DNA from: Cycas panzhihuaensis
Taxonomy: Eukaryota; Plantae; Cycadophyta
Assembly (NCBI GenBank): GCA_023213395.1
Contig: CM041465.1
Coordinates: 136,035,741 to 136,099,740 of the forward strand
Reading direction: 5' to 3'
DNA: 64,000 bases
Positions 50,434 to 64,000 of the stretch are shown here, piece by piece. Under the pieces are notes generated by a model. That model ran no database searches and was not told the origin of the DNA. It saw only the letters and a list, made by a program, of their open reading frames with translations. The position numbers and the translations under genes are program-made. The number at the start of each line of letters is the position of its first letter. Position 1 is the stretch's first letter.

Positions 50434-53400
50434 TCGGCAGGTTATTATATATTTAATGTAGAATGCGATACTTCTCTGTAATTAATTTTGATTTGGTGGT
50501 AATGATGAATGTTTAGTAGGGGGAGGAGGAGAGTGACAGACAGACGGGCGGGCAGGCAGCTCTATGAATTCTTCCAATGCCAATTGTGAACCGACGTTGT
50601 CGCTCTGGCAGGGAGCAGGGGGGTGAACGCTGATGAAACGATGGATAATATGAAAATCCGGATACTTTCTTCTCGATTAATGTTTCTGCAGCATGGTCAT
50701 GCGACATTATTTGATCGTGAATTGATGGAAATGTTGGTTTGTATGTTTTGTATTCGACACTGATATTCTAATTAAGGATTGGTATGGTATGTATTTTAAT
50801 CAAATATCTATAAAATGATATCTGGTTTTGAATTTTTAACTTCAAATGAATAATCGTGACGTCTGGGTTGTTCTGATCTCTCACCATGAACGGAATGTAC
50901 ATTGATTAAATGGTTGTACAGTCCGGAGAAAATTTCTGCTCCGACTGATATCTCCCACACGGAGGCGTTTCGCATGCTGCGAGGAGTGGGTTGGCGTATG
51001 CTTGTAGTTTATATATTATATAAATTTGAAAGTAATTAATTCTCCCTTAGTTTAGGACTTTTTTAAAAAGGTGCCAAGTTATCGCATTCACTTTTTCTTT
51101 TCAACTATAATTGTAATTTGTAAATGCATCATAACAAATCCCTCAAGCCATCAACAAGCCTATTAATGATAGCTTTAATTTGTTTCTCTTTCTCGTAATA
51201 TATATATATTTTTTAAACGATAAGATTTATTACATCTTTTTTATTTCTTGGACTCGAATGATTATACATATTCCACTTAAATGTTTTTGTGTATTATAAA
51301 TCACCACTACTTTGTAATAGGCCATCCATCATGGATTGAATCTAGATGTATTTTGCACTAGCTTGCCAAATGAACAAATGAACTTCGTGTGGTGTGATAT
51401 ACCTTGGGGAATGACTCTTGTGTTTATGTGGTAGATAATGAAAGCTTGTTTCCCAGCATTTCATCATATCATAAAAGTATCAAACATAAGCTCTACCCAT
51501 TAATAGAAGTAAATCTTCTTATATATAGACCTGTTGACATTTTAACTTCCATGTCCCTAACTCTATATCAATTGTTCTATTTCAATTGTATCTTTTCTCT
51601 TTTTCTTAAAGGAATCTAATTTGTATAGTCTACATTAAACATGGTCTAACTTTTATGGAATTAATTTATCATGTACCTTACATATAAAGCAACGTCTTGT
51701 TATCACTATTATGATCTTCAATTTTAGAATGGATGTATGATACTCTCCTAGCTCAAATTTAAGCTCTCTAGAAAAAAGTTATAAATCATTGCAATCTTAT
51801 GTCACATAAGTGTTATACATTTTCTCTCGTTCTCCTTTTGTGGTTGAAAATTAGACCAAGTTAATTTATAATAAGAAATCACAACATCACTTCACAAAGA
51901 GGCTCTTCAAGAAATGATTTCTATACAAAAAGACAATGAAAGCCAACCTATACTTTGGGTAAAGCAACAATCCCCTATATTAGTTAGAAATATAATAATA
52001 AAAGGTTTACCAAGATACAACATGGCATAACATATACAAAAGGGCATCCAAATACACAACTTGTTCTTATACCCAAGTTGATTATTTCACATTCAACTTC
52101 ATCTTCTTTTTAGTTCCCTAGACCCAAGGATGATTCTTCTCTTAACCATCATGTTCACTAGCATTAAACATTAAAGGACTAGAAAAACGGGGATTACGAT
52201 ATCCTTCATTATTTGTACAACTCAAGGAACCAAAATCCAACCATCATCAACATTCCCGCTACCTACCTGAATGGTCACCTTATAATAAGCACTTTGCACC
52301 TATGAATGATAATGTATTGACCTCTATTACCGTAATTACTAAGAGATACTAATGATTATTCAAAAGCCCTGAGATCTATATTAAGAATCTTCAAACGAAT
52401 TAAGAAATTATGGAATAATTACTTGAGTGCATTTGTCTCTAAAGCATATGCATCTAGATCTTCCTTCATCTACAAAACAAGAGAAAGAAAGAGATCATTA
52501 AAAAATTTTGGAGGATAGAGTAAAGATAAATCCTCAAATTGTAACTTGTTGAGCAGTTTCCAACTTTATAATAAAATTTTAGTTTGAATAATATGCTAAG
52601 TGGAACTAAAACAAATAGATAAAGTTGTAGGTTACATCCAATGCTAAAGAAATTTAACAATCCTACAATTCTAAAATGAATGCAACTCAAAATTTTGTAG
52701 ACCATAAAAAATGAAAAAAATATGAATTCTAGATTTTACCAATTTATAACCCTTCATAAGTCTATCATATGACACCAAACACATATGCAAATAATTTAAA
52801 TGAACAATTTTAATATGCCAAAATGAATTTCTTCGTAGTAGTCACAAGATTTTAGGGTTTATTCTAAGTTATATCCTACTTAACTTAGCAACCAAATCCA
52901 TAAATAGATATAGTAATGTATAAGCTTCTTTTACTAAGAAACATATAAATAAAGTCTCTAACATCTAAAACTAATTAGCCCACTAATTAACTCTTAAAAT
53001 TACATAAATAAAGATGTTAAGATTCTCGTTAATAACAACAATTAAACAATAGAATAAAAATAAATATCTAAAAAAAAAAATCATTTTGAAACTCTAGCCA
53101 AGAGTAAACATAGCTAGTGATCATACTTAATAAACATATTATAGAGTGAATTTCCTTTTTGAAATAGTGACACAAAAAGGAAATGTCAACCAAAGCAAAG
53201 CACATACCAATCTTTAAAATATTTTAATCTGCCAAAGTAACATATTAATTATTAAATGAATGTCAAAGTAATAGACCATCCCAAATTAAGAAAGTACAAG
53301 TATATCAAGCCTTCAAAATAGCCTTGGTAACTAAAGAACCTTTGATTCAAGCTTTAGTAAGGAAAAACTTTAGATGTTTAATTAACAAATTCTTCCTTTC

Positions 53401-53649
53401 TTTTAAACTAAGAGGCAATAATTTTCTAATTCTATATCATGGGAGGGCTTTCCATGAGGTATTACCTTTATGTAATTTGGCCAATCATTTATATATGAGG
53501 GTAATACTTTACTTTAGAATAAAAATACAACTTAATCCGCATACACATCATATGTTATTTTAGCAATGCCCCATTTAGAAATAAACCCCAATGAAAGGAA
53601 ATTCTATATCAAGTATAAGAAGTATTGATAGTAAGCATCGGTAATGAAT

Positions 53650-56600
53650 TATAAGGATGAAAAATGCACTTGAGAAACCATCTACATCTCTCGAGCAACA
53701 TGTTGAGGAACCATCTTCGAAGTCCATACACATCACTCCAGCAAAGGCACAATGTCGTCAGGAAGCCGGTCTATGTATGCAATATTCTGAAAAATGGACC
53801 ATTGGTCACAGTGGAATCTACAAAGCCAGGAAGATGGTCTTTACAATTGACCAGACTTATCTTTGGAAGATGACCCTGAGACTGAGCATGAATATGATGA
53901 TGAATCCCAAGACCACCCTACCTATGAGTTTCCCCCAAACCCTAAGCCTGAAGTTTCCTTATCAACTGTTACCTCCACTGCATGTCCTAAACCACTTTGA
54001 GTCAAAGGAATACTTTGGAAAATCCCAATTACCATTTTGATCGATGGTGGGGCATCACTAAATTTCATCGATATCTCCATTGCTCGACAGTTGAATCTTT
54101 ACATAGAACCTAAAATAGGCTTTACTTTCTTCTTACCTGATCATCACAACCTCTATTGTGTTGGAACAATAAAAAACTCACGGTCTACATTGGCTCATAT
54201 ACCCTCGTCTCTGATTTTTATGCCATGTCCATAGGTGGGTCAAATGTAATTCTTAGCATACAATGTCTCCATACTCTAGGAATTTATAACATTAATAACT
54301 CATCCACGGCCCCCTTCATTATGTTCAAAGATCACATGGGCTGCTCTCATAAACTCTATGGGTTGTAAGCCCCCCCAAACAAAGTAATCTCACCCACCTG
54401 AATGCGTCACTAACTCAATGGTAATATAGGATACATCATTTATCTTAACTATATCCAGGCCCCTTTAGGTATCCACCCTGATATCCAACAAGTATTAGAT
54501 CGATACCAATCTGTATTTGCTTCATTACCTGCTAGCCCCTCGCTCGATCGAGGTTTTTACCATACTATTGAGTTACAAAGTTCACATGGCCCAATTAGCC
54601 TTCGACCATATAGGAACTCCTATTTCCAAAAAAATGAAATCGAAAAAATCATGAGGGAATTGTTGGACATGGGTATTATCCAACCTAGTAAAAGCCCATA
54701 TGCGGCACCCATCATTTTAGTTTGCAAAAATGATGGCTCTTTCTGACTTTACGTTGATTATTGTGCGCTTAATAAAATCACCATAAAAAATAAGTTTCCC
54801 ATGGCACGAATTGATGACATATTAGATGAAATCCATGGTACTGCAATTTTCACCAAACTTGATTTACAATCAAGATATTACCAAATCCCTATCTTGCTAT
54901 ATGATCAACATAAAACAACTTTCTAAACTTCCCATGGCCACTTTGAGTTCTAGGAAATGCCCTTTGGCCTGTGTAATGCTCTGGCCACATTTCAGAGCCT
55001 CGTGAACAAGATCTTTTCCCCATACCTACAAAAATTTGTCATTGTCTTCTTCAATGATATTCTTATCTATAGCTCAAACATGCCTGCTCACATCTCGCAT
55101 CTAAAAACAATCCTTCAAATCTTAGCTGAGAATAAATTGTATGCTAAACTCTCTAAATGTGAGTTTGGGAAATCTGAACTACAATACCTTAGTCATATTA
55201 TATACTTTGCAGGGGTTTAGGTGGATCCCAATAAAATCTCTATCATTACTAATTGGCTAACCCCAAAAACCTTAACCCAATTACAGGCTTTCCTAGGACT
55301 TACTGGATTATGTCATTGGTTCGTTCAAAATTATGCCACATTAACCACCCCCTTAACCCACTTACTTTGGAAGGGTTCCTTCCAATGGTCCCCCTCAACT
55401 AATGAGGCCTTCCTCCATCTAAAGGAGATCATGACAACCACCCTAGTTTTGGTCTCTCCTGAATTTTCTCAGCCTTTCCAATTAGAATGCGATGCCTCCG
55501 AGTTTGGATTAGGTGTAGTCTTAATGCAAGACTTCCACCCCATCGTCTTCGTAAGTCAAAAACTTAAAGATCGTGAGTGTATACTGTCTACCTATCAAAA
55601 AGAAATGCGGGCCATCCTCCATGTTGTTGACAAGTGGTGACAGTATCTACTTAGTTCTAAATTTACTATCCTCACTAATCATCATAGCCTTCATCGCTCA
55701 CTAAATCAACTAGTCCTCTCAGAAGAACAGGCTAAATGGGTCGACCGCCTCCAAGTTTTTGATTTTATAATCACATATAAAGAGGAGAAAGATAACATTA
55801 TGGCAGATGCTCTCTCGAAGCTACCTTCATCTACACTTGATGATAACACCAGTCATACTAAGGACCCCACCATTTATGTTATTTCTTCCCCACAACCGAC
55901 ATGGATACAGGATTTAGCCACAGCTAACCAAACCCAAACTGATTTAATGCACTGGGCTAATAAAGTCCACACTCATAAGGATTTGTCCATCCATAATAAT
56001 CTTCTCTTATACCAAAATTACATATTTGTATACCCCTACTCAACTTTTATCTCACAGATTTTACCAGAATATCATTCTTCCCCTCTTGGCAGTCATTCGG
56101 GTTTTGATAAAACTTACCGTAAGATACGTTTTGATTTTTTTTTACTAGAAATAAAATCTACCATCCTTACCTTTATCTCAGAATGCAACACATGCCAATG
56201 CAACAAAGCTGATACAAAACCCCAACCAGGCCTCCTTTAACCGTTGCACATCCCATAAGGTAAATGACAAGATATTGCAATGGACTTTATAACAGGCCTA
56301 CCACTATTTGTCGGATCTGACTCTATTTTAGTAGTCATTGATAGGTTGACAAAATATGCCCACTTTTTACCTCTCCACATAACCTATAAAGCTCTGCATA
56401 TCGTTGACATTTACATTTAGACAATATTTTGTTTGTAAGGTTTTCAATCCACTATTGTATATGATCGTGACCCTAAATTCACTAGCTCCTTCTGGCAAGA
56501 GTTATTCTATACATTAAGAACATCATTCAACATAAGTTCAGCATACCATCCATAGATCAATGGCCAATCTAAGGTCCTTAACAAAACTATGGAGACCTAC

Positions 56601-57720
56601 TTACGTTGTTTTGCATCTAATCACTAGTCTAAATAGACATCATGGTTAGTCCTAGTTGAGTATTGGTACAACTCCTCACACCATTCAGCCATTGGAATGT
56701 CCCCATTTTTTGCCCTCTATGGGTATCCCTGATCGTCCCACCACACCTTGGCTACCAACCTCCGCACGGCAGTAGTACAACAAAAACTACAGTATATAGA
56801 CCAAATTCTCCACACCCTTAAACAAAACTTATCCATGGCCCAAAATTGAATGAAACAATTAGTATACTACCACCGCTTTGATCGTTCCTTCAATATTGGT
56901 GATCTTGTATTCCTTCATCTCTAACCTTATAAGCAACAATCCCTTCACCATCGTAAGAACCACAAACTTATCCCTTGATATTATGACCCTATAAAGTCCT
57001 AAAATATATTGGTGAAGTTGTATATGCTCTCGACCTTTCCCCCACCACAAACATCCATAATGTTTTTCATGTTTCCTATTTTCGGAAGTGTCTAAGAAAA
57101 CCTCATATTCCCCAGACAACCCTTCCAATTTTGGATAAAGAGCAAACCTTGCCCATACTTATAGAACGTATACTGGCTACCAGACAACGCTATCTCTGGA
57201 ATCGGTCCATTTCATAATATTTGATATAGTGGACAAGTTGTAATTCCAACGAAGCAACTTGGGAGTTCGATGAGTTTATCAAAGAGCACCTGCATCTCAC
57301 ATGCCTCGAGGACTCGGCATCTTAGGGGAGGGGACCTGTTACATAACTTATCCAGCTAAGTTATGTAAACCACTAGTATATAGAGAGCTATTAACAAGTT
57401 ATAAGATAAGGTTAATTATGGAACTTCGTACATGTGCCATCAAGCTGGCCAATAGTATGCATGACCGCTACTGTCTAATAGAATATAAGGTCGCTTAGGC
57501 TGCTAATAGGATTACATGTATAAGACCCTCTTTTGTCTATATAAAGGTTATAAATTATAAATGATGGTTATTCCTGTGAAACTCTTGGTTGATTTGTTTT
57601 CCCTATTAGATAAAACAATGCAATTACGATTATCATTTCTCTACTATCTCAAGAGTGCTGGTGAGAAGAAATATCTCAGTGAATACCTTGGTTGTTAAGT
57701 TCTCACTGCTAGATCTATCA
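53650..57720 (+). mobile_element. 5'-truncated chromovirus (Reina-like) Gypsy element I with 3' LTR
   Basis: Gag end ITPAKAQCRQEAGLCMQYSEKWTIGH, protease IDGGAS, RT MPFGLCNA...VFFNDILIYS, RH LECDAS, integrase, chromodomain YLI*W...EATWE (~57218-57266). PPT AGGGGAGGGGA, then LTR from TGTTA at 57337 to about TATCA at 57720. Confidence 0.9.
53657..57315 (+). pseudogene. gag-pol-chromodomain pseudogene of element I
   Basis: ORF fragments 53657, 54037, 54957, 55221 and 55800 in Gypsy domain order, broken by stops. Confidence 0.9.
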
Positions 57721-57899
57721 TTAGGTATAAGTCAAGTGTAAGTGAATCAATAAATTAAGGGGGTCTTAGACATTCTTAATTGCCCATGTACTGAGGTATA
57801 TAAATCCTTGAGCTCATGTGCTAGTATATAGGGTCCCTAGTTTGCCACTTGTGGGTAGGTATCACTATACAAGATAACAACCAAGGGCTTTCCTTGGAG

Positions 57900-60800
57900 A
57901 CTCTAAGACTTAGAATTCTAGATTTTAAACCCCTTAAGTAGATAGGACATAAGAACACTTACACTTTTGAGTTATATTTTTAAGACAATATAATTTTATA
58001 ATGGAAATAAACCTTAGAAGCATAGTTGTACCTAAATTTGATGGTTCTAATTTCCTTAATTAGAGTAGGAGAATAGGGCTTATCTTCATTACAAAATGCA
58101 TGTGGGAGCTTGTCAACAAGGGATATAATAACATTAGCAATATTGTCATCATGGATGAAGAACAAACTTATAAGGAGTATGTCAAAAAGGATAACAAGGC
58201 TTTAGCCCTTATATTTTGTGCTCTAGAGGATCACATTTTTCCTAGAGTAAGTGAAGTTATCACATTCAAAGAAGCTTAGAATACCCTCAAGTTAATTTAT
58301 GAAGTAGCAATATCCACTAAGCACAAACTCTTAGAAGCAAATTTAAAAATCTAAGGATGTCACCTAGAGAAGGAATAAATGATTTCATCACCAAGGTATA
58401 ATAAGATCCTTAAGGGAAGTACTAAGTGAACAAAGAGTTCTATAAAGAATTTTAAGATATGTTGGAGAGATCAAAATATTTAAAATGGTAGCCACTAGTA
58501 TTAAGGTTTCTAAAGACCTTAGTACCTTTTTAATTGATCACCTAACTGCCATGAACCTAACAATTGCAAAGAAGAAAGGGAGCAATAAATCCCTTAAGTA
58601 TACCATTACCATAAAGGCAAGGATAAGATAAAATCATCAAGGATAAAGTTCTAGGGGAAGGGACCAATCCCATAGAGGAATAAAAAGATTTCAAAGACAA
58701 AATCCAATCCATCAAGAATAAACCAACTTCTAAAGTTAAGGAAATTATCAAGAATCAAACCAAAGGTATCAAGGACTAAACTGAAGGTATCAATGATCAA
58801 ATTGAAGGTATCAACGACCAAATAACTTCTAAACTAAAGGAAGATTTCAAGTACAAAACTAATGTTACCAAGGATCTAACAACTTCCAAAGTCAAGAAGT
58901 TATCAAAGATCAAAAAAGTATTATCAACGTCAAGATCAAATGAACTTCCAAGACCAAAGCTAAAGCCAATTCTTTAAAAGAGGTAAAGCAACCTCTAGAG
59001 GAAGAGGAACCTCTCTAAAAGTAGAAGTCATAGCTAAAGAGGAAGAGGAACTATCTAATATTCCTTCTGTCACAAAATGGGACATTTAGAACAAAAATGC
59101 TTTGCCAAGAATAATAGTATTCAAAGAGGGACAACTAATATATCAATTAAGAAGAGACATAATAATAGACTCTTTCTATCAAGTTTTATTACTAGTGAGA
59201 AAGAAGATAGTTGGTATATAGACTCAAGGTGTTCAACATACATGACCCATAAAGAAGAAATCTTCAAAGATATTGATAAGACTAAAAGATAAAAGATCAT
59301 GTTTAGAGATAATATTACCTATAAATCTATTGGCGAGGGTAATATATCCATAACCACAGAATCAGGAGAAATAAGGTATATTGATGATATATTACATATA
59401 CCAACTTTAAAGAAGAACCTACTTTCAATGGGTCAGATAATATAATAAGACTACAAGGTCATCTTTGATAATGGTGAGTGTACAATCAAAGATAAATGAA
59501 TGAATAAAATAATTGTAGCAAAAAGATAAGTGACTAGTGACATATTATTTAAGCTAGTTATTCCTCCATCAGACACCTATGCTTTGAAAGCCTCCACTCA
59601 AGTTGGTAGTGAAACATAGCATAAGAGATTTGGTCACTTAAACTACAATAACTTTGTATTAATGAAGAGGATGGAAATGGTTTATGGATTGCCTACCATA
59701 AAAGTAGATAAAAAATTTTATAAAGGATGCCTACTTAGAAAACAACACAGATAAAGTTTTCCAAATAGTATTTATAAAGCCCAAGGACCTCTTTAACTAA
59801 TCTATATAGACCTATGTGGACCCATGGATGTACTATTACTAAGAGGCATAAAATACTTCATAACCTTCATTGATGATTTCACTAAAAAGACTTGTGTATA
59901 TTTCCTCAAATTTAAAACAGATGCTTTTCAGTGTTTTCTTGACTTCAAAACCTTTGTTGAAAAATAAAATGACCATAAAATTCTTACCCTAAGGTCAAAT
60001 AATAGAGGAGAATTCATTTCAAATAAATTTAAAGCATATTACAATTATTACAGTATAAGGAGGCAACTCACAAATCCCTATACTCCATAACAAAATGGAG
60101 TGGTAGAAAGAAAAATTCAAACTATTATTAAAATAACAAGATGTATGCTTAAAGATAAGCAGTATGGATATGAACTTTAGGTAGAAGCCATGTATACAGT
60201 TGTATACTTATTAAATAGGTGTACCACCAAGGCTCTTAAGTGGGTCACACCAAAGGAAGCTTGGACAACTCATTAGCCAAGTATACACCACTTGAAGATT
60301 TTTTAGTGCTTAATATTTGCTCATGTACTAGAATAAAAGAGAACAAAGTTGGATGACAAAAGCAATAAATATATCTTTATAGGATACTTTGATGTCTCTA
60401 GATCCTATAAACTATTTGATCCAAAAGAAAAGAAAATCATTATAAGTAGGGATGTCATCTTTAAGGAAGATGAATGTTATCAAGTAGAAACTAAAAAAGA
60501 TAAGGAAAAGAATCTCATTATGGAAATAAATTCAAATTTGAAGTCTGCAAACATACCAAGTCTCAATGAAGCAAGCCCAAATGAAGAAGGGCCCTTCATA
60601 TTCAATCAAAAGGTCCCAAAATGGGTTTAAAGAGGTCATGATCTTTCTAATATTTTAGATAATAATTTTGAAAGAAGGTCCACACACTCTCATAAAGCTA
60701 TTTTTGCCTTAATAAGCCAAGTCATGGCATTAAATGAGCCTCATACTTTTAAGGAGGCTAACTAAAAATATAAATGAAAAGATTTAATGAAAGAAGAATA

Positions 60801-61170
60801 TAAAGTAGTAGTAATAAGATCTTGTTAAATAGTTTGCCTAAGAAGACTACTCCAAGACTTACAAGTAAAATAGGATGATCCTACATAAACGTTATGTGAT
60901 AACCAAACCACCATACAAATAACTCAAAATCTAGTATTTCATGACAGAACAAAGAATATTGAAACTTAACATAATTTCATTAGAGAATTAGTTCAAGTTG
61001 GTGAGGTTGAGTTAACCTATTGCAGCATAGAAGAACAAGTGGCAAATATCTTTACTAAAACTCTTGAAAAGTTTAAGTTCCATAAATTCAGAGACAAGCT
61101 CAGAGCCTTCCTAAATGAACATTATGAGGAAGAAATATTAGATAATGTTCATTTAGAATATTATTAAGTG
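57900..61170 (+). mobile_element. Decayed Copia element J with RT deleted
   Basis: Gag remnant ~58150-58550, GHLEQKC knuckle, protease WYIDSRCS, integrase FITFIDDFTKK and LDDKSNKYIFIGY. It jumps from MKEEYK to RNase H at ~60810. PPT GAGGAAGAAA precedes 61136. LTR limits are unclear. Confidence 0.85.
58741..58824 (+). repeat. 4 x 21-bp in-frame repeat inside the gag of Copia J
   Basis: EIIKNQT / KGIKD*T / EGINDQI / EGINDQI. Confidence 0.8.
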
Positions 61171-61479
61171 TGTCAGCATTGGAGTTGGTGGAGACGACAT
61201 TGGCTAACCCTAACCAAATGATTAATATTTTTTAAACGATATTTTTAAACATCAAAGAACAGTAGATGTTGGGCTCCCACCTAACTCTCGTCTATATATA
61301 CTGGGCCATAAGGCCCCCAGGTGTTCTAACACTACCTTCATTATATCAAAAATATGTTATCATTGATGTCCTTCACATAATGTCTTGCTCCCTTTGACTC
61401 CACCTCTCCTTTCAGTCTTGACCTTAGGTTACGTGAACATGTACATAATATTGCTTATTCTATTAAAGTGATTTTTCTT

Positions 61480-64000
61480 TCTTCATTTGATACTAATAGT
61501 TTTATTCAAGAAGGAATATTTTCTCAAATTCTTCATTTAAGATTTAAAATCATGAAATGCATCATGGATTTTTCCTTACTTATGCAAGTCTAATGCACAC
61601 ATAACTTTCCCTTACTTCTATCATATTTACTAGGGCTCATATAATTTTTAGGATAACTTTCCTTTAGTATATCCCTTAAGAGATAATTATTTCCATGGTT
61701 ATAACTTTATATATACCTAATCTTCTATTTTGAATTCTCTTTTTATGTAGTATTAGTTAGCTTATTATTTTATTCAAAGGTGATTAGCTTCAAATTAATC
61801 CTTGAGGAGTCATATTATATCTTGTGATTTCTCTAAATAATCTTTTTCTATGGAAAGCTTCACAAAAGGCGATTTATATCCCTAGAAATATGGTGGTTCA
61901 TAATCATAGAGGGCCATCAAAGAAGTCATCTATGTAAATGTATGGTAAGTAGTATTCTATCCTCATTTTATGAGATGCAACCTTTGGTGTGAATGGCTCT
62001 ATTTGTTTATAGTAAAGTTACATAGGTAACCTTCTAGGCACTTATTTACTATCTCTATTTAATTATCTATTTAATGATGGTATGCCATGCCTATTATAAG
62101 TATGGTACCTACTTAACAAAATAATTCTCTTTAGAAATTACATGTAAATTTTGGGTCATAATCACTTACAACCACCCTTGAAATTTCATGTAAGCTAAAA
62201 ATTACCCTCATAAAGATATTAACAATTTGGCGTGCCTTGAAAGTTAGCTAGATTCCTATGGCATGGGCATATTTGGTTAATCTATCAATGGCTAATAGAA
62301 TGTTATCCTTGCCATTAGATTAGGAAGATTGGTTATAAAATATGTAGATATTTCTTCTCATTTTTTGCCTAGGATAGGTAAGGGTTATAATAACCTCAAA
62401 GAATCTATATTTTCACCTTTTTGTATTTAGAAATTATTGCATTAGGCTACATATTATTGAATTTCCTTTTTCATTTCCTTCTAATGAAAATATCGGTGAA
62501 TCCTTAAATAAGTTTTAAAGAATCTAGTGCCTTACTATAGAAATGGGATGCTCTTCTCTTAGAGGAGTCCCTTTAAATTTTGAGGAAGGGCTTAAATAAA
62601 TGCAACCCTTATACCATAATATCTCACTGTTCTATATGAACTTTCCCTATAAAGATAATAGGTCCTATTTCAATTTATTTATAAGTTTTATAACCTCATC
62701 ATATTTTACATATTCTACTTGTATATCTTTAATCCACTAGGGAACTATTATTATAGTAGCACATAAAATTAACTCTTCATCTTTTATAGATATAGTATCT
62801 ACTACTATTTTTTCCTTTTCCCTTTTGTAAAGTATTTTAAAATTAAATACTTGAATCTTATTAACCTACTTTTATTATTTAAGTGTTAATAACTTTTGAA
62901 TCAGGAAATGCTTAAGGCTATCAAGATCTATTTCAACTAAAAATATACTTCCTAAAAGATATTGTCCTAATTTGATAAATACATGTATTATGACTAGTAT
63001 CTCTTTATTATAAGCATATTTTAACTACTCATGTGCATTTAACTTATGACTTTCAAAGGCAATAGGATGTCCTTATCACATAAGTATAACTCCAAGACCA
63101 ATTATGGATGCACCACATTCTAAGATAAAGGGTTTAAAGAAATCAAATATTTTGAGGGTTGAAGCAATCATAATATGTTATTTCAGTTATTCAAAATATT
63201 CTTAGGCCTTTCCATCATATTTGAAGGAGTCTATTTTTAGCAAATCAATTAGTAGGGTTGTAAGATGAGCATAACCCTTAATGAACCTATAATTATATCC
63301 CATAAGACTAAGGAATCCTTTTAATTTTAAGATAAGTATAGGTATAAGCCACTATAATATGCCCTTGATTTTTTTGGGGTCTATCTTTACTCCTTCAAAT
63401 AATATAATAGCAAATTTATTCTACCTCCTCTTTACCAAAATTGTATTTGGACCTTATGACATCAAATTCATTATCAATCAAGATTTATAATACTTGATCA
63501 ATATGCTCTAAATGTTCTTTCTAATCTTTGGTGTATATTAAGATGTTATCAAAGAAGACTAGGATAAATTTTCTTTTCAATGATTAAAATATCATATTCA
63601 TGATAACCCAAAAGATAATGGGGGTGTTTATAAGACCAAATGGTATAACATTAAAGTCATAGTATCCTATATGATTTTGAAAGGCTATTTTTGGAATATC
63701 TTCTATTCAAACATAAATTTAATAATATCCTAAACACAAGTCTAATTTACTTAAATATTTTGCACTACATAGTTTATTTAAAATCTCATTAATTATAAGG
63801 ATTAGGAAGCTATTTTTAATAATCACCTTATTAAGCATTCAAAAATCCATATTATACAAAATGAACCATCATTTTTGGTATTAGTACTACTAGAGTAGTA
63901 TAGGGACTTTTACTAGGTGATATTGCTCCTATTTCTAATAAGTTATGAATGATTCTTTTTATTTTATTCTTGTCATAATAGGGATGCTGAAATAACTTAA
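61480..64000 (-). mobile_element. Heavily decayed Gypsy (chromovirus-type) pol fragment K, continuing past the window end
   Basis: Minus-strand RT GYYDFNVIPFG (~63635-63668), VFFDNILIY (~63533-63560), RNase H ~62950-63130, integrase FITNLP..NGKDNILLAIDR (~62280-62345). Confidence 0.85.

Noticed and set aside
51700-53600. Possible minus-strand LTR element remnant
   Set aside because: TE-like composition, but I could not verify termini, PBS or protein motifs.
61169-61445. Possible solo LTR (TG start, TATA box, higher CpG)
   Set aside because: No matching TSD or partner copy; it may simply be the 3' LTR of Copia J.

Overview
This is eukaryotic plant nuclear DNA, probably from a large-genome non-flowering plant such as a gymnosperm (an inference from TE age and decay, not provable here). 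Most of the window is a nest of at least 11 old, mutationally decayed LTR retrotransposons. Four have both LTRs and a recognisable target-site duplication (1778-7489, 7717-11118, 21394-25816, 40539-43504). The rest are truncated: Copia copies, Tat/Ogre-like Gypsy copies (~1-18750 minus, ~26835-39375 plus, ~39400-45920 plus) and chromovirus-type Gypsy copies (53650-57720 plus, 61480-64000 minus). The only intact host gene I can support is a two-exon CPC/TRY-like R3-MYB (50057-50433, 87 aa) in a CpG-rich island. The most notable observation is in the Tat/Ogre-like element at ~26.8-39.4 kb. It carries an antisense, apparently spliced Plant Mobile Domain (PMD) plus coiled-coil gene downstream of pol, and related palindromes occur both upstream of that gene and in the LTR. 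An older relative at ~12-18.7 kb seems to share this layout. All alignments and counts were done by eye.
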